Source: Paramoeba atlantica
Taxonomy: Eukaryota; Protista; Discosea
Direction: 5' to 3'
Assembly: GCA_977017575.1 (NCBI GenBank)
Contig: CDRNVI010000211.1
Span: 1-57,072 of the forward strand
Length of the DNA stretch: 57,072 nt
Shown: positions 11,581 to 23,528 of the stretch, piece by piece
How the letters are laid out: each line of letters starts with the position of its first letter
How positions within the stretch are numbered: position 1 is the stretch's first letter
Notes under the pieces: model-generated
The model's database searches: none
What the model was told of the DNA's origin: nothing
The model's input: the letters and a program-made list of their open reading frames with translations, nothing else
Translations under genes and position numbers: made by a program

Positions 11581-12570
11581 TTAAGATTCCTGCGAGCTGT
11601 CCAAGAGAATTTGCGGTCGAATTTTCCGTAATTTTTGCACAAACTCAGATGGGGACTGATCTTGGAGCACCACTTTCGGTCGAGCATTGATATTGCTGGA
11701 TACGGAATCAAGGTCTGCTTGGGATATATTACTGAAAGGATGAGACTTTGGGTAGAAATCTCTGACGACGCCGTTGAAATTTTCGACACCACCAGCTCGC
11801 GTACGGTTTACAAAAGTACGATGAGCAATTAAGGGAACGATTTACGCTCTCGTACTTCGCGAATTCCGTTCCATTATCATATGTGAGTGTCCGTACCAAA
11901 AAGCCTTGAAGGGCGCTGGTGATAGTCTCTGCTACAAGAGTCGATTTCTTGCATGATATCTTTTTCAGGATCCCGAAACGACTTTTGCGCTCAACCAGGG
12001 TAAGAAAGTATCCACTGTGGCGTATACCTTCTATTAGATCACACTCCCAATACTCACCAAACAATACTCACCCAACAATACTCACCGTATCGTTCCCGAT
12101 CGTTAACAATGCTGGGCCGCATATCAATATCTGTACGATTAGGGATGCTGGTACGATTAGTTCCACGACGACGGCGTTGTCCACGAATTCCCCCCCGACG
12201 GAGGCAACTCTCCAAGTTTTGACTCTTATTCCGACTAATAAAACCAAAAGTTGCCTTCCGCGAAATGCTCACACCTTCTTTACGCAAAGTAACAGATATC
12301 TGTTGAGGGCTAAAGCGCCGACGTAACAGAGATATGACACTCTCTTTGATGTCTCCTTCAATTTTGCTTGCACCAATATTGCTTGGTTAAGTGCTCGTTC
12401 AGCCCGCTTCGCGTTGTACACACCATCCCGATCTCCACGTGCCAGTTCTCGACTAATTTACTTTCAGTTTTGAGGCAATTTGTGATGGGTGAAAAGTTTT
12501 CTTGATTGTGGAGAACCTCAATAAGTTGACGATCTTCTGAATTAATACGTTTTCTAGATGTTTGACACAT
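11581..12570 (-). pseudogene. IS30-family transposase relic
   Basis: HTH start (RINSEDRQLIEVLHNQ), IPNRTDIDMRPSIVNDRERYG, GEYWECDLIEG, TLVERKSR, TLTYDNGTEFA and YFCKPYASW. After a frameshift, VENFNGVVRDFYPK...INARPKVVL runs to TAA at 11581-11583. Several frameshifts and a triplicated ~13-bp segment at 12048-12090. Confidence 0.9.
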
Positions 12571-12597
12571 GGTGCAAGAAAGACAAAAAAAATATTA

Positions 12598-12885
12598 TCC
12601 GGTTACATTATGCATTATCAGGTTACATCATGCGTTATGAGGTTACATTATGCGTTATCGGGTTACATTATGCATTATCAGGTTACATTATGCATTATAA
12701 GGGTGCGAGTTACTATGCATTATAAGGGTGCGAGTTTTATGCGTTATCAAGGGTACAATATGCATTATCAGTGGCCCTATATGCATTATCAAGGGTACAA
12801 TATGCGTTATCAAGGGTACAATATGCGTCATCAGGTTACATTATGCATTATAAGCGCGCGAGTTTTATGCGTTATAAGGGTGCGT
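12598..12885 (+). repeat. Minisatellite with constant TATGC(A/G)TTAT(C/A)A core and variable 8-13 nt linkers
   Basis: Units of 20, 21 and 25 nt with linkers such as ggttacat, agggtacaa, gtggccc and gggtgcgagttac. The same core appears in the 37195-37970 arrays. Confidence 0.9.
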
Positions 12886-13104
12886 ATGCCCCGCCTGGAC
12901 CCCCCCCCTGGATCCCCCCCCTGGACCCCCCCCATGGACCCCCCATTTTTTTCAATTTTTTTTTTCAGTTTTGGACCACCGGAGCCACCTTTTATATTTT
13001 TTTCTTCTATTATATTACTGTGCTCCCCTCTGTATTTTCACTGTTTTTTTTCACTTTATTTTCAATAATCGAGGGTAGAGCGGTAGTTTTACAACCACCG
13101 CAAT
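12886..13104 (+). mobile_element. Terminal module of composite element T (ends GCGGTAGTTTTACAACCACCGCAAT)
   Basis: Homologous ends at 29217 (minus), 38798 and 56705, all stopping at the same base after a short hairpin. Confidence 0.75.
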
Positions 13105-13289
13105 TTATAAGCAAAGTTTAAAAATATTAATGAGATCCGATAAGTGATTTTTTCTTATTATGGACCTCAAATTTTGATTTTCCAGACACTTCGTTCAACT
13201 TGGAGGCAATTTTTAGTGCAAAGTATGTGTACAGATGTCTTTCTAGATAAAAAATGGAGAATTTGAGGTTTATAATTATAAAAGTGCGA

Positions 13290-13757
13290 CTCAGAATTAT
13301 AATCCCATTAAATTTCTACAAACAATCCCTTTAATCATTTTTGGAGGTTTATAATATTAATGAGAGGGGGGGTAGTAACTGTAAAACATTCACCGAAAAA
13401 AACATTCTCCCAACAGTAATTTATTCCTATGAAAAGGGTGATGAAGAAAAGGTTGCAGGGGGAATATGCAAGAGCAAAGCGACCAATACATGAGCATGAC
13501 CGCCGTTCAAATGTTTGTATTACCAATTCTCTGAATATGAGAATATGTAATTACTATTTCGAAAAAATATATAATACTCAAATTAATACTACTATTTAAT
13601 AATAACACAATATTATTTAAATCGGGTCGTCTAATTCTACAATATTTAGTTCCCAATTTGAGTGATATCCCACCGCAAAATTTAACTATTTCTTTGTCAA
13701 GCATTTTTTGTATGCTGAGTTTTGTCGTGCCTATTTCACATTATAGAGATCACTTTA
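13290..13757 (-). repeat. Orphan 3' flank of an A-type LRR gene
   Basis: Matches 9210-9632 and 21300-21787 up to the stop-codon junction (gagatcactttacc), but no coding sequence follows. Confidence 0.8.
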
Positions 13758-14178
13758 CCCCTCTATCTATAATAACCCCTCCGCACCAATAAGGCGCTCC
13801 CCCCTTAACTTTTCAGAAAAATGTCCGTTTGAGCTGATTACATTTTGCAGATCTCAACACAAAGACTTTGCGCGTGAAGAAACGAAACAAAAAGAAACCC
13901 ATATGCAAATTTTAAAGAAGAATTACCATTTTTTCACCTTTTCCCCTTTGTTAGCCACACAAAATAGTAACTGTAAAACATTCTCAGAAAAAAGATTCTC
14001 CGAACACTATATTATTCGAACTAACACTATAGTATTTAAATAAGACCGTCTAATTCTATAATATTTAGCTCCCAATTTGAATTCTATCCCAGCGCAACAT
14101 CCACTATTTAGTTGTCAATTATTTTTTGTATGCTGAGGTTCGTCGTGTCTATTTCCCTTTACAGGTATTAACTCACCA

Positions 14179-14901
14179 TCATCCACGTATTCCACAAGCA
14201 GACCGGCTCGGTCTGTAGCGTCTCATCTCACCATTGCTTACCGTAATCTTTGTTCGCGCTACAGTATAATACAAATTTTTTAACTCGTCTCTGATATTTA
14301 GGAAGCCTTCAAGTTCTGTATTAAAAGCTAAAATTATGTCGCGCATGTTTTCGTGCACGAAATCAAATTCAATATGACCGGAAAATTTATTGTCAGACAT
14401 ATTAAGATAGACTAGAAAGGGTGGCAGGTGACGAAAATCTGGAGTGCCCGTGAACTGATTGATGGATATGTTAATGAATTCCAGTTTTGGAGGCAACTGA
14501 TCGAAGAGAAACTCACCCGACAGGAAGTTGTTCTGTAGGCTTAAGTTTCCCAACTCGTACGGCAAATATTTTACATGGAGCCGACCTTGCAGTTTCTTGC
14601 TAGTGTCTTCGCCCATCGCGCCACTCCAGTTTATCAAAATCACGTCGCCCTTGTCGTTACATCTGACTCGGTCCCATCTACATCCCGGGGTATCGGTGGA
14701 CCACGAGCGTGGAGGGATTTCTACGAGTCTCATCAAATCGTACTCCACGGGTAGCGACACGGCACTGACTTTGGATGGACGAGATGTTCCAGTCACATTA
14801 GAACTACTCGTTGAAAGTATCGTGTCGGATGAGTTCGTTTCTATCCAGGCTTTCTTTCTTAACGGTTCCGTTACATCGGCTGAGAGCATAGAGACAATCA
14901 T
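14179..14901 (-). CDS. LRR protein subfamily A, copy A2 (240 aa)
   Basis: 19 amino-acid differences from A1 by manual alignment. Intact ORF. Confidence 0.9.
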   Translation of the reverse strand: MIVSMLSADVTEPLRKKAWIETNSSDTILSTSSSNVTGTSRPSKVSAVSLPVEYDLMRLVEIPPRSWSTDTPGCRWDRVRCNDKGDVILINWSGAMGEDTSKKLQGRLHVKYLPYELGNLSLQNNFLSGEFLFDQLPPKLEFINISINQFTGTPDFRHLPPFLVYLNMSDNKFSGHIEFDFVHENMRDIILAFNTELEGFLNIRDELKNLYYTVARTKITVSNGEMRRYRPSRSACGIRG

Positions 14902-15198
14902 AATTACAAATACGAATCAAGAAAAAAGAAATTTTCAGAGAAAATGCGGAGAAAATGCATGGAAAAAGAAAAATTTCGCCTGCGGCGCATTTTTATTTTT
15001 TTAACACAGATTTCTGTCGGGCCAGATATTTTCGAGTTAACACAGATTAATATCATACAGATTAATGTTCTCCAGATTAGTATTACACAGAAAAATGTCC
15101 CCCCTGTATACCATTTATATAGCATTATAGAATATAAAGCTCCCAGATAAGGTAGCTCGGGATGAGCATTACGTGAATTTACACGAACATGCCCAGAT

Positions 15199-15694
15199 CC
15201 TCCTCGCCGGAGGTGTGCGGGTGCGGAGAGCTGGCGTCCCAGGTGCAGAGAGCTCGGTTGTCATGTGCAGGTGAAGAGATCCGGATGCGTAATCCCCATA
15301 TTACAGTTTCGGGGGCAATCCGGGTGCAGAGAGCTGCGACAGAGCCGAGGTGCGGAGAGCTGGGCGACCGCCAGGTGCAGAGAGCCGAGTCTCGTCGGCG
15401 GAGGACACGTCTATTGGTCCTCAAGGGAGGCCACCGTGACGCATGGCCCTCTCGGAGAGGAAAAAGCCAAGTCGAAAAAAAGCCGAGAGGGGGAAGCACA
15501 CTCACTCCAGGGGAGTGAGTCGGGGAGGGGTGAAGTGGTGAAAGCGCGTCCCCTGCTTCAGCGACAAGAGGGACAGTTCCGACCTTAGTGCCGGCCGGCA
15601 ACGGGCATGAAAATATAGTAAGAGTATGCCCGTTGCCGGGGAAAGAAAGGATGAACTAAAGAAAAAGTACCAACAAGGTACAGAAACTGTATCT
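15199..15694 (-). other. SL-headed ~500-bp insert, copy 1
   Basis: The minus strand reads AGATACAGTTTCTGTACCTTGTTG|GTAC (15694-15667). A 14-bp hairpin ccggcaacgggcat/atgcccgttgccgg follows. About 270 bp is homologous to 47972-48245, and the distal part has ggtgc(a/g)gagagc repeats. Confidence 0.7.
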
Positions 15695-16260
15695 TTATCC
15701 AGCGTGTTCAAGTCCGTTGGAAGTCCACCTAAATCCACTTCGCCCTCTAGTTTGTTGTACCCTAATCTAATGACCTGCAACTTTGATGGAAAATCAGAAA
15801 AGTTTATCATACCGGTAAAAGCGTTGCAACGAAGCTCAAGGTCCGTTAGACTCGGGGGTAAAGTACTGAAACAATCGGATCCAGAAAATTTGTTGACTGA
15901 TGCGGATACTCGCAAAATGGTCCTGGGAAGATGTTCTAAGTGCAATGTTCCAAAAAGCGCCTCGTGCATGTCAAGATCTGAGTCAGTGTGCCACTGAAGT
16001 TCCGTAACCTCTCCATGTTCATTGCATCCCACTCTTGCCCAATTGCACGCAGCTGTGGATGTCGTCCAGGATGGATCAGGATGCAGTACGTCCGCTACAA
16101 GTCGTTCTAGCTCATATTCTTGCGGTAGAACAGACCCGTGTACTTTCCCGGGACGACTAGATGGATTGCAAACTTCCCCGGAACTCGGGATGTCTCTGTG
16201 CTGCTTCCTATTTTTTATAGGAGGTGACTGATCATCACGAGTTCGTGTTAGGAGAATCAT
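15695..16260 (-). pseudogene. LRR subfamily B, 3'-truncated at the SL-like insert
   Basis: TRDDQSPPIKNRK, LPQEYELERLV and WTTSTAACNWARVGC, then ~4 LRRs, then DTVSVPCW encoded by the SL motif. Confidence 0.85.
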
Positions 16261-16284
16261 GTGCAAATAAGAATCTGATTTACT

Positions 16285-16312
16285 ATCTCTTAAGAAATAG
16301 AAACAAGGAAAT
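16285..16312 (-). promoter_or_regulatory. Candidate trans-splice acceptor (polypyrimidine tract + AG)
   Basis: The minus strand tatttccttgtttctatttcttAAG lies ~25-30 nt upstream of the ATG. The same arrangement occurs before the other two B genes. Confidence 0.45.
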
Positions 16313-17879
16313 AGCTAAAAATCGACTAAATGATTCAGATCCCTCCACGACTACGGCAACTAAAAAGCGCCACCCATACACGAAGACATGCCTAACATGA
16401 CATGAAATCTATGTGGCTCGACACAAGAGTCACGTGACTTGCACATGTCTCAGGAAGGTAGTCTGCCCAGAGCTCTCCCTATAGACCTCACTCAGTTTGG
16501 CTCGTCGACATCCCTCCACGCTTGGGAAGTGGACACTACAAATCGACGATTTGTAGTCGTCTCCTTTTTCCTCTTTGAGCCCTTGTCCGAACCATAACAG
16601 AAGCTCCACACGGAGCCGAGATCGATCCACTCTATCCGGCGGACGATCTGTTGCGTCCTCGAAACCTTCCTACGCAGCTGTGGTCACACAGCAGGCCACG
16701 CACAGGTCGATCCAAGGACGAAACCTGAAGAATGGCGAATGCTTGAGCCCCTTAACAACCCTCGAAGACGGTATGGCTCAAGTCAAAGCGAAGTGCATTG
16801 TTCCAGCCGCCCAGAAGGACGGTGCCACAGACTCTCATCCAACACAGAAACAGGAGTGCAAAACTGGACCTGGAACACCAAGCACGCATGCAACGCTGTC
16901 GACTGCAGGAATCACTCCTGGAGGGTAAAGCCCAGGACCTTGAACGTTTTCGAGCTGCCGAAACTGTTATTCAACGGGGAGGATAGGTCTCAATGTTGTA
17001 AAGCTTATGTGCTACTTATAAAATTTGTAAAACTTGGCCAATTTTGGAAAAGAATAGCGCATTCGAGAGCTCTCACACAGCCCTCCTGTGGAGGACATGT
17101 CGTTGTGCATAAAATCAACAGCTTTGTAAAATAGTAGGAGGGTCAAAAAAGTCGATTGCAAGTTTTTAAGAGATTATGACGTTTTTTCCCCGAAACGTAA
17201 ATCCAAACCTAGCACTCACAGTGACCCCCGTTCCTCTCTATACTAACAATATCTCTCTCTAGCAATATTTAAGTATCCATGGTGCGATGAATGCGTTCCA
17301 GGATTTCTTAAATACGTTAACACGTTTCGTGAAAACCCTCTTGGTTGAAGCTAAAACAACCTCATAAAACGCCTTTTCACTTTCAACTTCCGAGGGGTTC
17401 GCAATTCGAGCTTTTAGGTCAGCATTACTCTCAATTCCAGTCATTGACAAGACAAAAAGATACGGAAAGCGAAATAACAAACTAAAGATGTTCAAAAATA
17501 GTCTTACTTCTATCTACATCAAGGCCTACAATATGAGTACTCCATACACATCGTATATACGAAGTGAAAATTCTTTTTTATTCAAATTGTGCTCTACTCT
17601 CCATCCAAAAACTAGCATTTTCTTGTCTCTCCAAGCCAAAAGCAAACCGCAGTCTCGCGTGGTCTCAGCGCGGTCTCGCGCGGTCTCGTGTGCCACGACC
17701 GGCAGCCCCTCCATTAAATACTTTCTCCTGCTTTTACAGTCGACGGCGGCGCTTGAGGTCCTGCCGGTCTTCCGCGATTCTTGGTGGTGCGGGGGGAAGG
17801 CGCAGTGGTCGCCGTTTGAAGGACAACTGGTGCCTGGATCGGGACCTTCGTACTCACTGGAATAGGAGGTCGAAAATTT

Positions 17880-18420
17880 CAGAGAAAAAGACGTAAAAAT
17901 GCCGATTGTTTTTTTAACACAGATTTCTGTCGGGCCAGATATTTTCGAGTTAACACAGATTAATATCATACAGATTAATGTTCTCCAGATTAGTATTACA
18001 CAGAAAAATGTCCCCCCTGTACACCATTTATATAGCATTATAGAATATAAAGCTTCCAAATAAGGTAGCTCGGGATGAGCATTACGTGAATCTACACAAA
18101 CATGCCCAGATAAGGGACTTCGAATGTCAACGCGGTGGTGTTGAAATCGAGTTGCAAAAACTTTGGTAAAAGAATGAGAAGAGGGGACTCTCGACATAGC
18201 CGTGGAGCTTTGTCCCAAATTGAAGACGCCATCAGCGAAGAACGGAAGCTACAAGAAGACTACAGGCGCATAAAGAAGTTGTATTCAGAAACGAGGGTCC
18301 AATCATGGACCGAGATGTTTGACCCGGACTGTATCGAGGTGGATGAATCGAGCGCAGGGAAGTTGTAGAGTATGCCGCGGGGATGATTTTCCATCCTCCA
18401 CACCTGGGGGTGACCCCCCC
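17880..18420. repeat. Copy of the A-type upstream flank with no LRR gene
   Basis: Near-identical to 22540-23070 and partly to 10440-10820, but the LRR ORF is absent. Confidence 0.85.
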
Positions 18421-19696
18421 CGGCCCGACAAGTTCGAAATTTTTGGGATGACGCAAAAAAAATATTGTTGACCAAAAAAAGTAGAATTTTTTTCATGAAG
18501 CTTGTGTCATACTAATAAACAAGAAAGTGTTAATAAACAAGAAACGATTCTACGACGACATCTTAAAGACTGAAGATTGATTTTCGATAGTGTACACCTC
18601 CAGAAATGAAGTGCCCTATCTTCGCCCATATCAAAGCCTATGTTGAAGAGTTTTGTCTCTTCCCATACATGTATACTCAATATACATGTATAGAAGAGTT
18701 TTGTCTGCGGACTCTAGGGATCTAAATCCGATTGAAAATCTGTGGTCCAACATGAAACTATATCGAAATACGAAATGTTCAATGACTATATCCTAAATTA
18801 AACAAGACCGCTTGTAGTGAAAATGAAACGAGCGGGAGTCGAACCTGCGATTAACCAATGACGAGCGGCATGTATTACCAAATCGAATCCCGAGACGTAC
18901 ATGCTATTAAACACAGTGATTGGTGCCAAAATCGAGGTTACGGACGCTGGACCCCTACTCGATCCACCCTACCCCGGACACCATAGAGAAGGAAAAGGCA
19001 GAGGTTGTAAACAACCCCAGCAATGTTGAAAACGAGCTAAATATCTTGTAAAGGGGGGTACACCCACTATTGGCAAAAAAGTTTGCCAATAGTGAGTGAT
19101 TTTTACCCCCTTTGTCCAAGGGTGGGTGATTTTTAATTCCTCTTTTACCGCAACGATTTCGACAAATTGTTATAAATATGCATTCAAAACTAATAGTAGT
19201 CGCTATATACAGAGTAGCCGCTAGTAACCACTGCTATATAACCGCCAAAGGAAACAAAGCTTCTGACCAAAAAAAAAAGCGCCGCTTCGCGCCGCGGGGC
19301 CGGTTCCGACAATAAAGTACGCCTCCAAAGGACGAAACCCATGCGATCGGCAAAATATGGCAGAATAGTGCCGCTTGGGCGGTGGCCCCCCCTCTAAGTA
19401 GGGGGGGTACAGTATCCGTCAGAATACAACAATCTTTCCGTGAACTGGTGTAATTTACTGCTCGGAAAGGAGCGAAAAATTACGCACAAGGCCTTTGTCG
19501 CTTTCCTCGCAATACATGCCACGAGCTGCACATTAGATAGCACTAGAGTCGGTTCTACAGCAACAGTACAGGACCGTGAGTTCCGCATTTTTGGCACCGA
19601 CCTCCGAAAGAAAAAAAGAAAGGCTCAGTTCCTGCGTGAAAAGTGGTACCGGCAGCCTTGAAAGTGCCATATCAGCCTTGAGCCGAGCATCGAAGC

Positions 19697-20486
19697 TCAA
19701 AACCGAATCATCAACATGTATTCTTGAGGTAATTTAGACCAAGCTTTACATACACTTTTTATGATATCTTCCTTATTTGAAGGAGTGTACTCATCGACAA
19801 GCTCTTGCACCATACTCCACACGTTTTCTATGGGGGAAAGATCAGGGGAGTTCGGTGGCCAATTTGGCAATAGTGTCATTTCGGTTTTTTTCAAGATAAG
19901 CCTTAGTTTCTTTGGCTTAGTTCCGTAGAGTCCTGGGTTATTGCTTAACGACAAAACGGATAGCATATCGGGTAGCGTATCGAGTTGGATATTTCCTTCC
20001 AAACAATTATGGTTGAGTAAAAGCTTCCCCAAATCTTCAGGAAGAGAAGCAAAACCAGACACACCGGTAAAGCAATTGTGCTTTCAAGCTTCAGAGTTTT
20101 GAGACCCTCCGGCATATCCTGCAAATCAGCGCGCCTGAAAAATTATTATGGCTAGCAATAAAAGCAAAGCAGGACTCGGGCATATCGCTGAGGTGAAGAT
20201 TGCCCGTAAATTGATTGCGTTTGATTCGTATAATCTCGAGCGATAGTGGAAGTGCGTCTAATTTAAAAGGACCCACAAACGTGTTATTACTGATGTCCAG
20301 TCCATTCAGCAACGGTAACGCACTAAGATTTAATGACCCAGACAGCTTATTGTTCTTCAGGTTAAGATGTTTAAGCGTATCAGGCAAGAAACGAAGATCG
20401 ATCTCCCCCGTGAACCCGTTGCACGAAAGATAAAGATCCTTAAAGTTAGTGTGTTGATATAATTTTATGAAATTTATGAAACGCAT
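19697..20486 (-). pseudogene. LRR subfamily B C-terminal relic fused to a Tc1 C-terminal fragment
   Basis: LRRs homologous to the 3' half of 53691-55283. ORF 19697-20062 runs from NHNCLEGNIQLDTLP in frame into WPPNSPDLSPIENVW. Confidence 0.85.
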
Positions 20487-20799
20487 CTAATTGAGTTGGA
20501 AGAGAGAACAACAAGTTTCCTATAGCCTACCTCCACGGCACCCCATACATGACACTTAGGTGCCCAACGCACTGTTTGTCGCTTTGCGGGCTTTTTGCCT
20601 GGAGTCACCCACATCTTTTTTCTATGATCATTTGTATCGAACAGCTTTTCGTCAGTAAAAACTAAACGAGAGGTGTCCCATTTTAATTCTTACCATTTTA
20701 AAGCAAACAATACCCTTTTCTTTTTCCTCCGTCAGTCCTTGTGACAAAGGCCGTGACCCATACTTGTAGCCTAGGGAACGTATATCTCTATTGATGGTG

Positions 20800-21126
20800 T
20801 CAGAAGATACGTTTACACCCTTTCTCTTCAGTTTTCCACGAATCTTGCGAGAAGACCCATTTATGAGACCCCCGCTTGATCCAAAGGCTCAAGAGCATTT
20901 TAACAAGATTTCTTCTTTTTTTCATTCTCTTTTTTACTTCAGGGCTTTCAGTATAAATATTTTCCAGCGAATCATTCTTCATATATTTTCTAATATGTTT
21001 TACATTAACATTAAACTCGCGAGCTAGTTGTTTCTTTGCAACCCCCTGACCATACCTCATGCGCAATAACACTATTCCACTTTCTGTAAGACCACCCCTC
21101 AGGTGTCGATATGTATTTTTTGGCAT
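20800..21126 (-). pseudogene. Probable transposase N-terminal HTH fragment
   Basis: GVAKKQLAREFNVNVKHIRKY is HTH-like. The adjacent 21180-21300 resembles 40450-40545. Confidence 0.5.
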
Positions 21127-21784
21127 GATAAGGTAAAAAAAATCAAAAAAAAAAAATTATCTTTTTGTTTTTCCAAGAGACCTAAAAACGGCGGGAACGT
21201 ACAGATCTCAAACTTTTATAAGAAAAAGTGGTACGATAACCCCCCTAGCCCCCCTCGTGCGAAAAATAAGGGGGGGGTGCCTTTTTGATGCGGAGGGGTT
21301 CAGTTATAAAAGTGCGTCTCAGAATCATAATCTCATTAAATTTCTACAAACAATCCCTTTAATGATTTTTGGAGGTTTATAATATTAATGAGAGGGGGGG
21401 TAGTAACTGTAAAACATTCACCGAAAAAAACATTCTCCCAACAGTAATTTATTCCTATGAAAAGGGTGATGAAGAAAAGGTTGCAGGGGGAATATGCAAG
21501 AGCAAAGCGACCAATACATGAGCATGGCCGCCGTTCAAACGTTTGTATTACCAATTCTCTGAATATGAGAATATGTAATTAATATTTAGAAAAGACATAC
21601 AATACTCAAATTAACACTATATTATTCAATAATAACACAATATTATTTAAATCGGGCCATCTAATTCTATAATATTTAGCTCCCAATTTGAGTGATATCC
21701 CACCGCAAAATTTAACTATTTCTTTGTCAAGTATTTTTTGTATGCTGAGTTTTGTCGTGCCTATTTCACATTATAGAGATCACT

Positions 21785-22507
21785 TTACCTTAGTCCACAT
21801 GTTCCATAAACACGCGGGCTCGATCTGTAGCGTGTCATCTCACCATTGCTTACCGTAATCTTTGTTCGCGCTACAGTATAATACAGATTTTTTAACTCGT
21901 CTCTGATGTTTAGGAAGCCTTCAAGTTCTGCATTAAAAGCTAAAATTATGTCGCACAAGTTTTCGTGCACGAAATCGAATTCAACATGACCAGAAAATCT
22001 ATTGTCAGACATATTAAGATAGACTAGAAAGGGTGGCAGGTGACGAAAATCTGGAGTACCCGTGAACTGATTGAAGGATATGTTAATGTCTTTCAATTTC
22101 GGAGGCAACTGATCAAAGGGAAACTCACCCGATAGAGAATTGAACGTTAGCCGTAAAATTTCCAATTCGTACGGCAAATATTTTACATTGAACTGGCCTT
22201 GTAGTTTCTCGCTAGAGCCCATCATGTGACCCCAGGTTATCCAAATCACGTCGCCCTTGTCGTTACATCTGACTCGATCCCATCTACATCCCGGGGTATC
22301 GGTGGACCATGACGGTGGAGGGTTTTCTACGAGTCTCATCAAATCGTACTCCACGGGTAACGACACGGCACTGACTTTAGATGGACGAGATGTTCCAGTC
22401 ACATTAGAACTACTCGTTGAAAGTGTTGTGTCGGATGAGTTCGTTTCTTTTCGGGCTTTCTTTCTTAACGGTTCCGTTACATCGGCCGAGAGCATAGAGA
22501 CAATCAT
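21785..22507 (-). CDS. LRR protein subfamily A, copy A3 (240 aa)
   Basis: Intact ORF. It differs from A1 and A2 mainly between residues ~88 and 147 and in the C-terminal tail. Confidence 0.9.
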   Translation of the reverse strand: MIVSMLSADVTEPLRKKARKETNSSDTTLSTSSSNVTGTSRPSKVSAVSLPVEYDLMRLVENPPPSWSTDTPGCRWDRVRCNDKGDVIWITWGHMMGSSEKLQGQFNVKYLPYELEILRLTFNSLSGEFPFDQLPPKLKDINISFNQFTGTPDFRHLPPFLVYLNMSDNRFSGHVEFDFVHENLCDIILAFNAELEGFLNIRDELKNLYYTVARTKITVSNGEMTRYRSSPRVYGTCGLR

Positions 22508-23404
22508 AGTTACGAATACAAATCAAGAAAAAAGAAAATTTCCGAGAAAAAGACGTAAAAATGCCGATTGTTTTTTTAACACAGATTTCTGTCGGGCCAA
22601 ATATTTTCGAGTTAACACAGATTAATATCATACAGATTAATGTTCTCCAGATTAGTATTACACAGACAAATGCCCCCCTGTATATAATTTATATAGCTTT
22701 ATAGAATATAAAGCTTCCAAATAAGGTAGCTCGGGATGAGCATTACGTGAATCTACACAAACATGCCCAGATAAGGGACTTCGAATGTCAACGCGGTGGT
22801 GTTGAAATCGAGTTGCAAAAACTTTGGTAAAAGAATGAGAAGAGGGGACTCTCGATATAGCCGCGGAGCTTTGTCCCAAATTGAAGACGCCATCAGCGAA
22901 GAACGGAAGCTACAAGACGACTACAGGCGCATAAAGAATTTGTATTCAGAAGCGAGGGTCCAATCATGGACCGAGATGTTTGACCCGGACTGTATAGGTG
23001 GATGAATCGAGCGCAGGGAAGTTGTAGAGTATGCCACGGGGATGATTTTCCATCCTCCACACCTGGGGGTGACGCCCCCTGGCCCACAGTTTTGTAAAAT
23101 AGTGGGAGGGTCAAAAACGTCGATTGTTTTTTAAGAAATTCTGACGTTTTTCCCCGAAGCGTAAATCCAAACCTAGCACTCACAGTGACCCCCGTTCCTC
23201 TCTATACTAACAATATCTCTCTCTAGCAATTTTTATGTCCCCTGGGGTGAAAAATGGCTCTCCGACAATTTCTCCCGAAGTGAACGTGACTCGTCTTTGA
23301 GGCATGAATGATGAAAACAGAGGAAATCTCAAAAGCAATCAAAAAAATTGCGAAAATGCAAGTCAAAAAAAACTATTTTCACTCTAAAATGCGTCATGTG
23401 TAAA

Positions 23405-23528
23405 AGCACGGGAAACGATATTTCCTCCACAGGAGGGTTGTGTGAGAGCTCTCGAATGTGCTATTATTTTCCAAAATTGGCCAAGTTTTACAAATTTTAG
23501 ACCCCCCAGTATTAGCTGATCCCCCCTG
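23405..23528. mobile_element. TA-element right terminus; empty-site homolog of the Tc1 insertion at 4500
   Basis: cacgggaaacgaTAtttcc...gagagctctcgaatgtgctattattttccaaaattgg...gatcccccctg-TA. Confidence 0.8.

Noticed and set aside
12598-12885. CRISPR-like repeat/spacer appearance of the ATGCATTATCA arrays (also 37195-37970)
   Set aside because: The core is only ~11 nt, the linkers are 8-13 nt and recur, there are no cas genes, and the context is eukaryotic. The MHYQ-type ORFs are translation artefacts of the repeat.
18135-18368. 77-aa plus-strand ORF in the A-type upstream flank (also 10686 and 22796)
   Set aside because: GTG start, antisense to the gene cluster, truncated or frameshifted in the other copies, and no recognisable domain.
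18824-18895. tRNA-like sequence on the minus strand (GGTTCGACTCC T-loop/B-box)
   Set aside because: The acceptor and anticodon stems do not pair. At best it is a tRNA-derived relic.
9630-22507. Diversity-generating retroelement as the cause of LRR variation
   Set aside because: No template repeat or DGR-type RT is visible, and the differences include indels and did not appear adenine-restricted by eye (not tested systematically).
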